DNA of 64,000 bases. Source: Thermoprotei archaeon. GTDB taxonomy: Archaea > Thermoproteota > Thermoprotei > Thermoproteales > B15-G16. A model generated the notes under the pieces. It had not been told where the DNA came from. It saw only the letters and a program-made list of their open reading frames with translations, and made no database searches. The number at the start of each line of letters is the position of its first letter. Within the stretch, counting starts at the first letter, position 1. The DNA lies in contig QMRC01000001.1 of NCBI GenBank assembly GCA_003649205.1, forward strand, positions 285,081-349,080, written 5' to 3'. Made by a program: the position numbers and the translations under genes. Shown here in pieces: positions 26,431-36,619 of the stretch.

Positions 26431-27228
26431 GTGATGGTGAGGCTGTTGAGTGCTCAGGATAGGTACGATCCCATTGATAGAGCTAGGGTAGTTTACTCAA
26501 TTGTGTGTAGATCGGTAGGTGATGTTGAGGAGAGGAAGTACTATAGATTTCGTGGTGGCTTATGGTATGGTGGGATTGCGACTGCTGATTGCGTTGGTTG
26601 TAATTTGCTCTGTAGATTTTGTTGGGGTTGGAGGACTAGAGATAGGTTTGATAAGGTTGGTTCATTTTACTCACCTCAGGTAGTTGCTGAGAAGCTAATC
26701 TCAATAGCTAGGAGGTATGGGTATAGGAGGGTTCGTATTAGTGGTGGTGAACCAACTATATCTAGGAAGCACTTGATACAGGTTCTCCAGTGTTTAAATG
26801 AGAGGGTACCTGATTTACTATTCATACTTGAGACGAATGGTGTATTGATTGGTGCTGATCCCTCGTATGCTAGGGAGTTAGCTCAGTTCAAAAACATTCA
26901 TGTTAGGGTTTCGTTGAAGGGTTGCTGTCCTGAAGAGTTTGAGCTGTTGACAGGTGCAAGAAAGGAGTTCTTTGAGTACCAGCTAAGAGCACTGAAGTAC
27001 TTACTCGATGCAGGCGTCCCATGTCATCCCGCTGTGATGATTAGCTTCAGTACGAGGGAAAGTATGGAGTACCTCATCAGCAAACTCATGGAGATCGATG
27101 AGAGGTTAGTTTCCGAGGTTGAGGAGGAGTATGTAATCCTGTACCCGCATGTCCTCGAGATCATGAAGAGGTATGGACTTAAACCTCGAGTAGCTATAAG
27201 ACCTAATGGAACAGTAGTCAAATCATAG
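26431..27228 (+). CDS. Radical SAM protein
   Basis: CNLLCRFC (Cx3Cx2C) cluster motif and GGEPT glycine-rich SAM motif (ISGGEPTI). Confidence 0.8.
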   Translation: MMVRLLSAQDRYDPIDRARVVYSIVCRSVGDVEERKYYRFRGGLWYGGIATADCVGCNLLCRFCWGWRTRDRFDKVGSFYSPQVVAEKLISIARRYGYRRVRISGGEPTISRKHLIQVLQCLNERVPDLLFILETNGVLIGADPSYARELAQFKNIHVRVSLKGCCPEEFELLTGARKEFFEYQLRALKYLLDAGVPCHPAVMISFSTRESMEYLISKLMEIDERLVSEVEEEYVILYPHVLEIMKRYGLKPRVAIRPNGTVVKS

Positions 27229-27244
27229 CACGTTACTGGTTTAA

Positions 27245-28249
27245 TTGCGAGGCACCTACATGACATCTAAGCTACCGCATCTCAAGCTAAGTATCTACGG
27301 TCTAAGGATTAGGTTTGTTAATCGTGAGCACGAGGTAAGGTACCTACTTGAACTTCTTGATAGGAGATATGCTTTTCCACTAGCTATATACGGTCCAGAG
27401 GGTTGCGGTAAGACTACACTACTGAAGTACCTAGGCCTAGTACTTGAGTCACTACCCAATACAACCTTCATATATGTTGATGCTCTCGAACAACAAGACA
27501 TTAAGAGAGCACTGACACTTAGAGACAAGTATCTTTGGGAGCTAGTTGAGGATTTAATTCACGAAGTCCCTGTAGGTAAGAGCATTGCTTTAAGCATAAT
27601 GAAGCTTATTCGAGAGTACGCACAGAGGAGAGGGTTGAGAGGTAGAAAGATCGTGGTTGCTGTTGATGATGCCTACGAAGCTATTGGTCTAGAGAACGTT
27701 ACTAGGTACACGAAGTCTATGTACGAGTGGATTAAGGTACTGTACGAGGAGTTTTATGTTGACTCTGTACTCATACTGCTAACTACATCAGAGGGAAGGT
27801 CGAAGAGAGTACTGTCAAGACATACCTATGTACATACCTACATGATCTGGAACCTACCGAGAAAAGGATTTGAGGAACTTGTAGAGCAGTTTTCACCACC
27901 TCACTCCACTGACTACCTATGGTCATTAACAGGAGGTAATCCAAGAGCATTGATTGAGTTGATGTTGATGAAATGGGATGTAGATAGGTGGATTAGCAGT
28001 ATTGTGGAGTCGAGAATTCGTAAGGTATTACGGGAATTTCCAGCTAGTAGACTTAGGGCTGTTATTGAGGACCCTGATGCAGATCCTGAAGTTGCTGAGA
28101 AGCTAGAGGATTGTGGGCTCATGATTGAGTTGAGAAGAGTCATGACTATTAGTGAGGTACCTGAGAGATGCCCTGAGCTAGGTATAGGGTATGAGTGGGC
28201 TTGGCAGATACCTGCATACAAGTATGCTCTATCAAGGGTCCTGAAGTAG
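27245..28249 (+). CDS. Arch_ATPase family P-loop NTPase (fourth paralog)
   Basis: YGPEGCGKTTL, VVAVDDA, IWNLP, GGNPRA, IGYEWAWQIPAYKY. Confidence 0.8.
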   Translation: MRGTYMTSKLPHLKLSIYGLRIRFVNREHEVRYLLELLDRRYAFPLAIYGPEGCGKTTLLKYLGLVLESLPNTTFIYVDALEQQDIKRALTLRDKYLWELVEDLIHEVPVGKSIALSIMKLIREYAQRRGLRGRKIVVAVDDAYEAIGLENVTRYTKSMYEWIKVLYEEFYVDSVLILLTTSEGRSKRVLSRHTYVHTYMIWNLPRKGFEELVEQFSPPHSTDYLWSLTGGNPRALIELMLMKWDVDRWISSIVESRIRKVLREFPASRLRAVIEDPDADPEVAEKLEDCGLMIELRRVMTISEVPERCPELGIGYEWAWQIPAYKYALSRVLK

Positions 28250-28499
28250 AGTACTGATCACTTCCTTCTCACTAGGTATCTCAGTAGACAAACCTCTAAA
28301 TCCCATGGTGTATGCTGCAGCTACTGCAAGTGCTTAGCTATCAGTGCTAAAGTCATGAACACTACAAGCATCTTCCTCATCAATTTTACGTAGATCCACC
28401 TTGAGTCAACTCAGTAACTGAACCGTAATTTTCGCTTCTGTTCAGATAATATCTGAGTTAGTTCAATGATGAAGTTCAATTAAGTTCTCTTAACCACTC

Positions 28500-29075
28500 T
28501 TGATTACCCCCAATTTCAAGATTTCAAGTATGTTGAGTAAGCTATTTAAGGAGGGAGCTAGCTGTCTGCGAGGGATTCTCGTGATTACAATCTATAGAGA
28601 TCTCGTCCGTAAAACCTATACCTTTGGAAGAATATTGATTTTAACTATTGAGATTGTTGCAATCTCTATAGTTATCGTCATGATAGGTTTCACGGCTTAC
28701 TACGTGGTCTGTGATCTCCTTGATCTAGCTCTTGAGGGTGGTGGTGTTGACAAGATCCAGCTACTTGTAAGTGACGTCTTCCTACTAATAATACTAGCTG
28801 AGATAGTACGTAGCTTCCTAGAAGCATATAGGAGACCTGAGATGTATATTGTTGGTGTTACTGAGGTTGGTCTTGTAGTTGCTATTCGAGAGATTGTTTT
28901 ATGTGCTATAACAGGTTCGCTCTACGATATGTTGCTTGCTAGCCTAGCTGCTCTAGTCCTAGCTGGTGCGCTCTGGATACTTGTAACGCACGTTGTTAAG
29001 AGTAGCCACTACTCAGCACTTGGTGAAGGAATTAGGGAGAAGGGTAAAGAGAAAGAAAGAACCTCCTCAATGTAG
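28500..29075 (+). CDS. Membrane protein (possibly PsiE-like)
   Basis: Four hydrophobic segments; the likely start is MLSKLF at about 28530. Confidence 0.45.
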   Translation: MITPNFKISSMLSKLFKEGASCLRGILVITIYRDLVRKTYTFGRILILTIEIVAISIVIVMIGFTAYYVVCDLLDLALEGGGVDKIQLLVSDVFLLIILAEIVRSFLEAYRRPEMYIVGVTEVGLVVAIREIVLCAITGSLYDMLLASLAALVLAGALWILVTHVVKSSHYSALGEGIREKGKEKERTSSM

Positions 29076-29211
29076 TTAGCCGCTTTGGAAGGACTAAGTG
29101 AATTTCTTTGAGTTGGTGTAGCGATGATGGGTTACATGAAGTTACAAGTGATGGATCTCCAATAGTCTGATCTGTGGTGTATGGGACAGCTGATTATTAG
29201 GAGTAGAGGAG

Positions 29212-29268
29212 CGTCAGAGTACCGTGAGCTCGTCACCTATCTAGCATAGGGGAGTGAAGTCATCATCC
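29212..29268 (-). ncRNA. C/D box sRNA candidate with degenerate D' region
   Basis: Minus strand ATGATGA-CTTCACTCCCCT-ATGC-TAGATAGG-TGACGA-GCTCACGGTACT-CTGA. C box at 29260-29266 and D box at 29214-29217. Confidence 0.5.
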
Positions 29269-29293
29269 AGGAAGAACTACTTGATAGAGGGTA

Positions 29294-30091
29294 TTAATGT
29301 ACCTTGCTCCACCTACCATCGACCAATTTGTACAGACTCACATCAACTACTCGACCTAATTCGAATCTCAGTACACAGGCAGTAAGGGATGGATTTACTC
29401 TAAGTACCTTCCTCATCCATGAACCACAGTTAACGACTTTACTACCGTAGTCTATACCAGATATGTGCGTGTGACCCATTATCAACCAATCACCTCTACC
29501 TAGCTTCAGTACGCTACGTCCTAACTTCTCCAGAAATAGGTCACCGAATACCCTGTTAATTACGTGAGCTACAAAACCATTCCTACACAGATAATCTCCG
29601 TGAAGTACGTATACTCTCGACCTATCTACCTCAAGAACTAGAATACCTTCAACAATGAGAATATTCACTCCACGTACTTTGACTACCGTACTTGAGTTCC
29701 AGAGATCGTAGTCGTGAGAGGACATCGATAGTACGTGAACTACGAAGTTAATTGAGTTCCATAGGTTGAGTGCGGTAAGAGCTCTCTCATACATGTCAAC
29801 TAGTTCCTGAGGTGTAGTAACTCTCCTCCTCTCCTCAAATAGGTCACCTGCTACTATAAGTGCTGTTGCATTGACCTTCCTACAGAGATCACCTATGTAC
29901 TTGATCTCAGGTACTGAGTACCAGAGATGTACATCAGATACTACAACATACGTACCTGAACCACTTAACTTGAGAATAAACGTACTTGGAAACCAGTACC
30001 TAGTTACCCAGGGAAAACACCAGAGAGAGTAGGTTATCGCCGCTACAGCAATAGCGATTAAAGTAGCTACAGGTAGGAGATGTAGCTTCAT
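29294..30091 (-). CDS. Calcineurin-like metallophosphoesterase with N-terminal TM anchor
   Basis: Motifs VVSDVHL, VAGDLFE, VLHGDY and GHTH. Confidence 0.8.
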   Translation of the reverse strand: MKLHLLPVATLIAIAVAAITYSLWCFPWVTRYWFPSTFILKLSGSGTYVVVSDVHLWYSVPEIKYIGDLCRKVNATALIVAGDLFEERRRVTTPQELVDMYERALTALNLWNSINFVVHVLSMSSHDYDLWNSSTVVKVRGVNILIVEGILVLEVDRSRVYVLHGDYLCRNGFVAHVINRVFGDLFLEKLGRSVLKLGRGDWLIMGHTHISGIDYGSKVVNCGSWMRKVLRVNPSLTACVLRFELGRVVDVSLYKLVDGRWSKVH

Positions 30092-30181
30092 AAACTCACC
30101 ACGTGAGCACTAGACATGTACTTAAGGTAAATATAAAGGTAAATACAAAAAGTAGATGTAGATGTCTTCAAACAGGTAACT

Positions 30182-30237
30182 CGGTGATGAGGGGTAGCAA
30201 AGCTGAGATCAGTTGATGAACCCTAGTGTAACTGACC
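30182..30237 (+). ncRNA. C/D box sRNA
   Basis: GTGATGA(30184-30190)-GGGGTAGCAAAG-CTGA-GATCAGT-TGATGA-ACCCTAGTGTAA-CTGA(30232-30235). Confidence 0.85.
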
Positions 30238-30287
30238 TACCTAAGAGTCTTACGAGAAACACTATGTTCCTGTACTTACTCACACAA

Positions 30288-31082
30288 TTAATAGATCGTT
30301 TGAAGTACGACAACTATACCAACAGCACTGATAGCTACTCCATAAGCTATCCTCAGTATCCAGGCCTGTGTCACCTTAGCTGCCTTAGCACCTAACCAAC
30401 TGAAGAGAAGAGTGACAAGACCTACACCAATGAATGCTAATGCATTGAAGTACCCATGGAGTGCTAAGTTCATAGCACCTACACCACCTGTCAGTATCAT
30501 CATAGCGCTTGACGTACCTACTGCTATGTGTACAGGGTACTTCATTAAGTCAGCAAGTATAGGTACGTAGTATATACCACCACCGAAACCACAGAGACCT
30601 GTTGCAACACCTGCACCATACATTGAACCTACTAGTTTGCAACCTATCGGTAATCTACCGACTTGATCAATGGTTATCCTAGGTGGTATCTTCCCTCTAG
30701 TCTTCAATGTTCTCAAAATAACGTAGATACCGATTATAGCACAAGCAATACCGAATATCAACCTCAGTACAAGTCTAGGAGTGTAGACCACTAACTGAGT
30801 TCCAGTAATGACTCCTAATGTAGCTGATATACCTGCAATGACAGCACCTCTAACGTACACGTGTCTGTTCCTGTAGTGAACCACTACACCCGGTATGGTT
30901 GTTAACGCTATGACAGCCATGTTAACACAGTAAGCCTCCTTTATACTCAAACCAAGTAACCACATCATTAGTGGTATTCTCAAGAAACATCCACCAACCC
31001 CTAGCCACGTAGCTAGGAAACCAGCTACAGCACCTATGAGCAATACGCTAAGTACATAGCTTAGGAGGTCCATAGTACTCAC
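30288..31082 (-). CDS. TauE/SafE (TSUP, DUF81) family anion permease
   Basis: Seven to eight TM segments with the two repeated glycine motifs (LGVGGCFLRIPLMM and CGFGGGIYYVPIL). Confidence 0.85.
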   Translation of the reverse strand: MSTMDLLSYVLSVLLIGAVAGFLATWLGVGGCFLRIPLMMWLLGLSIKEAYCVNMAVIALTTIPGVVVHYRNRHVYVRGAVIAGISATLGVITGTQLVVYTPRLVLRLIFGIACAIIGIYVILRTLKTRGKIPPRITIDQVGRLPIGCKLVGSMYGAGVATGLCGFGGGIYYVPILADLMKYPVHIAVGTSSAMMILTGGVGAMNLALHGYFNALAFIGVGLVTLLFSWLGAKAAKVTQAWILRIAYGVAISAVGIVVVLQTIY

Positions 31083-31121
31083 CGGAGTCAGGTGCGATGT
31101 AGGTAAAGTTCTTTTAGCCTA

Positions 31122-31715
31122 GTGTTTCAACTTGAAACCGTGTTTAGTGATCGAAATTCTGTGCTCGTGATAAGGGATAGGTGCTTGAAGTTGCTTAGGT
31201 TATTTTGTAGTGATGTTAGGAAGTCCTTCACAAAGCTAGGTAGAGAACTAGGTTTAAGTCATACTGCTGTAAGAAAATGTTACCTCAAACTACTTGAGCT
31301 AGGTATCATGAAACCAACGACATTGGTGAACTACAGAGCCTTCGAATTAAGACTTCTCCTTTTAACTCTACTCATGTCTAAGTTACCTGAGTGGCTTACT
31401 TCATGTCCGAGAATCCTACTATTCTGTACCGTGGACGATGGTGCTAATCTCGCTCTTGTACTTGCTGAGAGCTGGAAAGTACGTGAAGTCCTGGAGAAGA
31501 GAAGTTGCTCAATTACATCAAGTAACTGGGTTAGAGAGGTGCGGATCAACGAAGTACGTAGGTTACTGCCACAGTACGTATATCCAAAATTCCTTGAAGT
31601 TGGTAGCGAGGAAGTTTGTCCTTGCGGTCAGAGGTGTGACCAGTGCCCTGAATACGATCTCGGATGTCCTGGCTGTCCAGCAACAGTATGGTACAGAGGA
31701 GTACTCAGAAATTAG
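31122..31715 (+). CDS. Lrp/AsnC-like HTH regulator with C-terminal Cys-rich domain
   Basis: HTH segment FTKLGRELGLSHTAVRKCYLKLLELGIM. C-terminus CPCGQRCDQCPEYDLGCPGCP. Confidence 0.6.
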   Translation: MFQLETVFSDRNSVLVIRDRCLKLLRLFCSDVRKSFTKLGRELGLSHTAVRKCYLKLLELGIMKPTTLVNYRAFELRLLLLTLLMSKLPEWLTSCPRILLFCTVDDGANLALVLAESWKVREVLEKRSCSITSSNWVREVRINEVRRLLPQYVYPKFLEVGSEEVCPCGQRCDQCPEYDLGCPGCPATVWYRGVLRN

Positions 31716-32609
31716 CATCAGACCACATCTCGCAACGTACATCTAAGGTACTGATATTGCACCGTAAAGTCAAGTGATGTGAGGTACATCTTGAGAATTG
31801 GTACAGGGATTTTAGTCGTGGTCATTGCTGGTATAGTAAGCACAGTATCAAATGTTGCACCACGGAAAAGTGTGGATAGCACTCAGTACAGTACGGTGAT
31901 TGTAGTCATGATAGCACTCCAGATACTCATACCATCTTTACCTGATCTCCTCCTATTCAAGTGAGCTGTTGATGTACTAATCAATACCTTTCACGAGGTA
32001 AAGGAAAGGGTAAGAGAAAAACCAGATAGCAACTTCATTCTATGGAATGCTCCAGCCAATTTGTTTAGAGGCATCTGTGAGGGATTTAGCAAGTAGGGAC
32101 TACGATATGCATTTGATAAGCACTTCGAGAAGCTAGGTAGCAGTGCTCTTGAGAAAAGAAAGAAGGAACTCATGAGGAAAGCACGAGGAGGAACGATAAC
32201 ACTTGAGGAAGCTCGTGAACTAGAGCAACTACTAAGGGAGCAGAAGGAAAAAGTGAGCGAAGGGAGAATATTGTTGGGGCAGCACTCATTAGCTCAGCCA
32301 TTCTCTTCGTCTTAGGAATAGTATCAACTCTTATCTCTCAGAGAGGAGGAGTTAGAGAAGTCAAGCACATAACCCACATTTGTGCTACCAACACTTTTTC
32401 ATGGCTATGATATAGAGCTACCACTACATCCGAGAAAACACTTGAATAAGTAAAGTAGATTTAACGAGATACGAATTACCATAGGAGAACAAGAAACTAC
32501 TTCAGCAACAGCAAAGTGCTACATAAAGGGAAAAAGAAACAAAGTTTTCCTAACTCCACCTCTCCTTCCCTATACCTAATCCCTGTACTTGCTAATGCAC
32601 TAGTAAGCT

Positions 32610-34073
32610 CTAGAACCCTGCTCCTGCGGCCCATTTTAGCAAAGTGAGTATCGCTGACACGGAATAGAAGCACATGAACTGAAAGCCAACATGGACGCCT
32701 AATTTATGTAGGAAGCCTCCGACGAGTGCTATCAGCATTGTTAGGCATAGTCCTGTTATTCCTGCTTCGTAGTAACCTATTGTGGCTACTATGGCTATGA
32801 AGAGTGCTAGTAGTGCTTCGTGGCTTATGTACTTCAGTACTAGTTCTGTTATCCTCCTTGCGTACCTCATTGCTATTGGGTAGTTGGGTACTAGTAATCC
32901 TATGACGATTCCTATGAGTCCGAATATGAGGTAGTCTACCGGTGTTAGTAGTGTGTGTAGGTTGTGTAGCTCCTTTGAGAATGGTGGGCAGGTGAATCTT
33001 GGTGGTGCGTAGAATAGTGGTAGTGCTGGTCCCATTGCCATTGGGCTTAGCGGTATCCCAAACGCCATTAGTGGTATTATTGTCTGTGCTACGTATGTCG
33101 CACTGGTTATTGCGTCCATCGTTGCTATTGTCGTAGCGTCTTTGAATGCTATGTCCTTGGGGCTCTCTAGCTTTCGGAATGACCCAGCTACTATCTCACC
33201 GAACATTATCGTCATTCCTGCTGGACTTAGGAAGAATAGTGGTGATGTTACTGCACTTAGACTCGATGCTAGTGCTATCTGTTTCCTCTTTAGTACCTTA
33301 AATGGATTGGGGAATAGCTTGTACGGTACTTCAGGTGCTAGGTAGATTCTAGATGGACCTTCTCTGGTTAATTGCTGTCTAAGTGTTGGTACGAGTAGTG
33401 AAAATAGCTCGAATATCATTGGTCCAACGGTTATTCCCATGAAGACACTGATGACTATTGGTCTACCCCACATCATCTTCGATATGTGCTGACAACCAGC
33501 TATCAGTAGTGAGAATGGTACTAGTGCCGCCAGGCATGCCCACCTAGCCTTTGCTAGGAGTCCAATCACTATTGCACCGGCTAGGAAGAACCACTTGACA
33601 TATGGCTTTATTACCTCAGCTATGCCGTATGTAGCGAGTGGGTATGCTAGTGCTAGTGCTATGAAGAAGCCTATGAAGGTTCCTATGAATGAGCCAGCAG
33701 CCATCTTCCTCATAGCTACGTGTGCTAGGCCAAGTTTCTTCATCTCAGCACAGTAAGGTACCATTGGTACAGCCATGACGCCTCCCGGTAGTGCGGCAAC
33801 TGCTGTAGGTATTGTGTGTGCTAGCTTGAACGCTGCGCATGCGGCCATGAACCACGCTAGTAGTACTCGTGGGTCAAGACCCATTAGCACGAGTGCTAGT
33901 GTTAGAGGAGCCATTGTGGCTGTCTCATCTGTTCCAGGAATTACACCGATTAGTAGGTAGATGAAGCTAGCTGCTAGTGCTAAAGCTATTGCCTGTGCCA
34001 CTACATCAGGTGTTACCGCCGCTACCTCAGTAGCTTGTCTAGCTACTTCCAAGATTAAGGGGGCAAACATCAT
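32610..34073 (-). CDS. TctA-family (DUF112) tripartite tricarboxylate transporter large permease
   Basis: 487 aa, more than 10 TM segments, GVIPGTDETATMAPLTLAL block typical of the family. Confidence 0.7.
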   Translation of the reverse strand: MMFAPLILEVARQATEVAAVTPDVVAQAIALALAASFIYLLIGVIPGTDETATMAPLTLALVLMGLDPRVLLAWFMAACAAFKLAHTIPTAVAALPGGVMAVPMVPYCAEMKKLGLAHVAMRKMAAGSFIGTFIGFFIALALAYPLATYGIAEVIKPYVKWFFLAGAIVIGLLAKARWACLAALVPFSLLIAGCQHISKMMWGRPIVISVFMGITVGPMIFELFSLLVPTLRQQLTREGPSRIYLAPEVPYKLFPNPFKVLKRKQIALASSLSAVTSPLFFLSPAGMTIMFGEIVAGSFRKLESPKDIAFKDATTIATMDAITSATYVAQTIIPLMAFGIPLSPMAMGPALPLFYAPPRFTCPPFSKELHNLHTLLTPVDYLIFGLIGIVIGLLVPNYPIAMRYARRITELVLKYISHEALLALFIAIVATIGYYEAGITGLCLTMLIALVGGFLHKLGVHVGFQFMCFYSVSAILTLLKWAAGAGF

Positions 34074-34372
34074 ATTTCCTCCTCCCTTACAATGCCTTCA
34101 GTTGGAGCTTCCTCGACCAGTATTCTCTTTGGTTTGAAGATGGAAGCCGCTATGCCGCAGGCCACTGCAGCTGCGAGTAGGCTTGAGACTAATTGCCAGA
34201 CTCTAACCTTTGCTGGTTCCATGCCTGGGAACATCGACTCTACTACTGGTTTTATGCCGAAGAATGTGCCAAATGCTATGACTAGGCATAGCAGTGTTGC
34301 CTTAACTAGGTCACCTATGTCAACGACATCATACCATATCTCTACGTATCTACTTCTCCCTTTCCCTGACAT
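34070..34372 (-). CDS. Small membrane protein translationally coupled to TctA (TctB-like role possible)
   Basis: Two TM segments and an ATGA stop/start overlap with the TctA gene. Confidence 0.45.
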   Translation of the reverse strand: MSGKGRSRYVEIWYDVVDIGDLVKATLLCLVIAFGTFFGIKPVVESMFPGMEPAKVRVWQLVSSLLAAAVACGIAASIFKPKRILVEEAPTEGIVREEEI

Positions 34373-34462
34373 GCACTATGACCCTCGCCTATTAATTGTT
34401 GGATCTCTACCCGACGATTGATATATAAGTTACACCATGGCGAACTCAGTTGGTACTCTTAG

Positions 34463-36049
34463 TTAAAGTAGACCTAGTAGTTTTGATGCTATTGTGAAGT
34501 ATACGGAGAGACCGCAGATGTCGGATATCGTCGTTATGAGAGGTGATGATATTGTTGCTGGATCTACTCTGAGTACCATAGCTACTATAGGTAGTAAACC
34601 ACCAATCAAGCTAGCAATTAGAGTTACAGCAACAACAGCTAGTGCTATAGACACTACGATCAGTATGTTCTGTGTGAGTAGGTAAGCTAGGAGTGACGCT
34701 ATGGGCATGAGTGTTAGACCGAGTAGTAGCGCTGTTGCTGCTTCCTTACCAACTATCTTGAGGAAGTCCTTTGGAGTTAACTCACCTACTGCTAGTGCTC
34801 TGATGACTAGTGATGCTGATTGCGCACCTGCATTACCTCCTGTATCGCAGAGTACGGGTATGAAGAGAGCTAGTGCAGCTACTTTGGATATTATTGCTTC
34901 GTAGGTCTTGAGTACACCAGCGGTTAGGAATTCAAGTACGTACAGTGCTATTAACCAGAAGACTCTCCTCTTGAATAGGTCGAGTACTGTTGCTGACATG
35001 TACCTCCATATTGCTCTAGTTTCGATTAGGCCACCGAATCTAATCAGGTCTTCACTGCTCTCGCTAATGATGACGTCAACTAGGTCATCTATTGTGACTA
35101 CACCGAGGAATCTACCTCTCTCATCTACGACAGGGACTTCAAGTAGGTCGTACCTAGCTGCTATCTTAGCTACAACTTCCTGATCTACATCTGGTGTCAC
35201 GGGTACGAAGTCTCTTCTAGCTAGGTTGTTCACTACCTCATCTCTCTTAGCTCTCAGCAACTCTGTCACTGGTATATACCCAACTAGTCTACCTTCATCA
35301 TCGATTACGTACACGTACCTCGTGCTCTCGAACTTCCGTGGTTCAGCTATTTCCTGAAGAACTTCACCTACTGTCGTACCTAACTTCGCTATTGGTACTT
35401 TGGTTATCATGAGTCCACCAGCTGTATCTGGTGGGTACTCGAGTACCTTCTTCACCTCTCTAACCTTGTCTTCAGGTAATCTCCTCAATAGCTCTCTTCT
35501 TGCCGTGTGTGGTAGTTTCGATATTACGTCAGCGAGGTTGTCTACAGGGAGTTGCGCTGCTATTCTCGTAACTCTATCTACTCCAACTACCTCCATGACT
35601 TCGGTCAGTAGTTGTGGTGGTAGTTGATGTAGAATCTCTACGTAGTAGCTATCTGGTATTAGTGGGTAGAGTCTTCTTCTTGTCTTCTCATCTAGACGGA
35701 GTAGTATGTCTGTGAGGTACTCTGGGTGTACTAGCTTAGGTACGTCGCTTATGGAGATGTAGCCTCTCTCTAGGTACTCAACTATTGTCGTTGCTAGCTC
35801 TGTGAAGATGTCACTGTACTCTGGTATTTCGGTTACGTCTACTGCTACTACATTGGGTACGTTGGTTAGTTGTTGCTTTATTGTGTCTGGATCTGCTTCT
35901 CCTTCAGCTACTAGTAGGAGGTACGCGTACCCCTCTTTTGCTGTTGTGTAGCTATGGAGAATGTTCATTCCGTTTCTAGACATTACATCTGCTATGTCTC
36001 TCATCAAGCCAATTCTGTCGTATGCTCTTATGAATACTGTACATAGCAT
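34463..36049 (-). CDS. mgtE: Mg2+ transporter MgtE with N-terminal ACT domain
   Basis: ACT-like N-terminus (VFIRAYDRIGLMRDIADVMSRNGMNIL). MgtE N domain, tandem CBS domains, and TM domain with CDTGGNAGAQSA. Confidence 0.9.
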   Translation of the reverse strand: MLCTVFIRAYDRIGLMRDIADVMSRNGMNILHSYTTAKEGYAYLLLVAEGEADPDTIKQQLTNVPNVVAVDVTEIPEYSDIFTELATTIVEYLERGYISISDVPKLVHPEYLTDILLRLDEKTRRRLYPLIPDSYYVEILHQLPPQLLTEVMEVVGVDRVTRIAAQLPVDNLADVISKLPHTARRELLRRLPEDKVREVKKVLEYPPDTAGGLMITKVPIAKLGTTVGEVLQEIAEPRKFESTRYVYVIDDEGRLVGYIPVTELLRAKRDEVVNNLARRDFVPVTPDVDQEVVAKIAARYDLLEVPVVDERGRFLGVVTIDDLVDVIISESSEDLIRFGGLIETRAIWRYMSATVLDLFKRRVFWLIALYVLEFLTAGVLKTYEAIISKVAALALFIPVLCDTGGNAGAQSASLVIRALAVGELTPKDFLKIVGKEAATALLLGLTLMPIASLLAYLLTQNILIVVSIALAVVAVTLIASLIGGLLPIVAMVLRVDPATISSPLITTISDICGLSVYFTIASKLLGLL

Positions 36050-36619
36050 TAAACCATCTCTGATATTGGTTAGTGAGGTACTGACACTGTCTCTAATGGG
36101 GTACTTGAATACTTATCGGTGGTTTCTCACAAGGAGACAATATTGATCCTCCTTGATGATGAAGGGGCTGAGGTTAATTATGGGGCTGAGTTGTGTGATT
36201 TCTTGGTTAGTTCCGGTATTGAGTTTGTGGTTGCTTATACTCGTGAGATCGATATCCTTGAAGGATATCGTGATTACACGGAGAGATGTAAGGAGATGAG
36301 AAGTACATTGACAAGATGTGCCTCGCAGTTTCCATTCGATACTTACCTCAGACTAGAGAGCGCTTTAACCATGGGCTACTACCTGAGGTACTCAGCGAGA
36401 GAATTGATTTCGTTGGCAATGCCGCAGGAAGTGATGTAGTGGCGCTACCTAAGTCAGTGAAGTTGAGAGAAGAGACAAAGGTATGTAAACTATCTACGCA
36501 TCCATTGTTTAGAGAGAGACATTCATTAGAAGAACTCTCTACCCTCTACATACAGGTCCATCACTGTACTCAACCACATTCTCGGAAATTAAGGCATCTA
36601 AGGTACCACCTAAGCTACG

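Noticed and set aside
28440-28500. ATGATGA box-like sequence upstream of the 28500 membrane-protein gene.
   Set aside because: No CUGA at the required distances on either side.
29148-29193. Plus-strand C/D-like candidate GTGATGG-ATCTCCAATAGT-CTGA-...-CTGA.
   Set aside because: The C box ends in G, there is no recognisable C' box, and the second guide is only 9-11 nt.
31991-32400. Possible decayed gene on the plus strand: ...LEEARELEQLLREQKEKVSEGR, then a frame switch to a TM segment IVGAALISSAILFVLGIVSTLI. A 60-aa minus-strand ORF also lies at 31991-32173.
   Set aside because: There are stops in every frame, no start codon giving more than 45 aa, and no recognisable family. It is noted only as a likely remnant within the 0.9-kb gap upstream of tctA.
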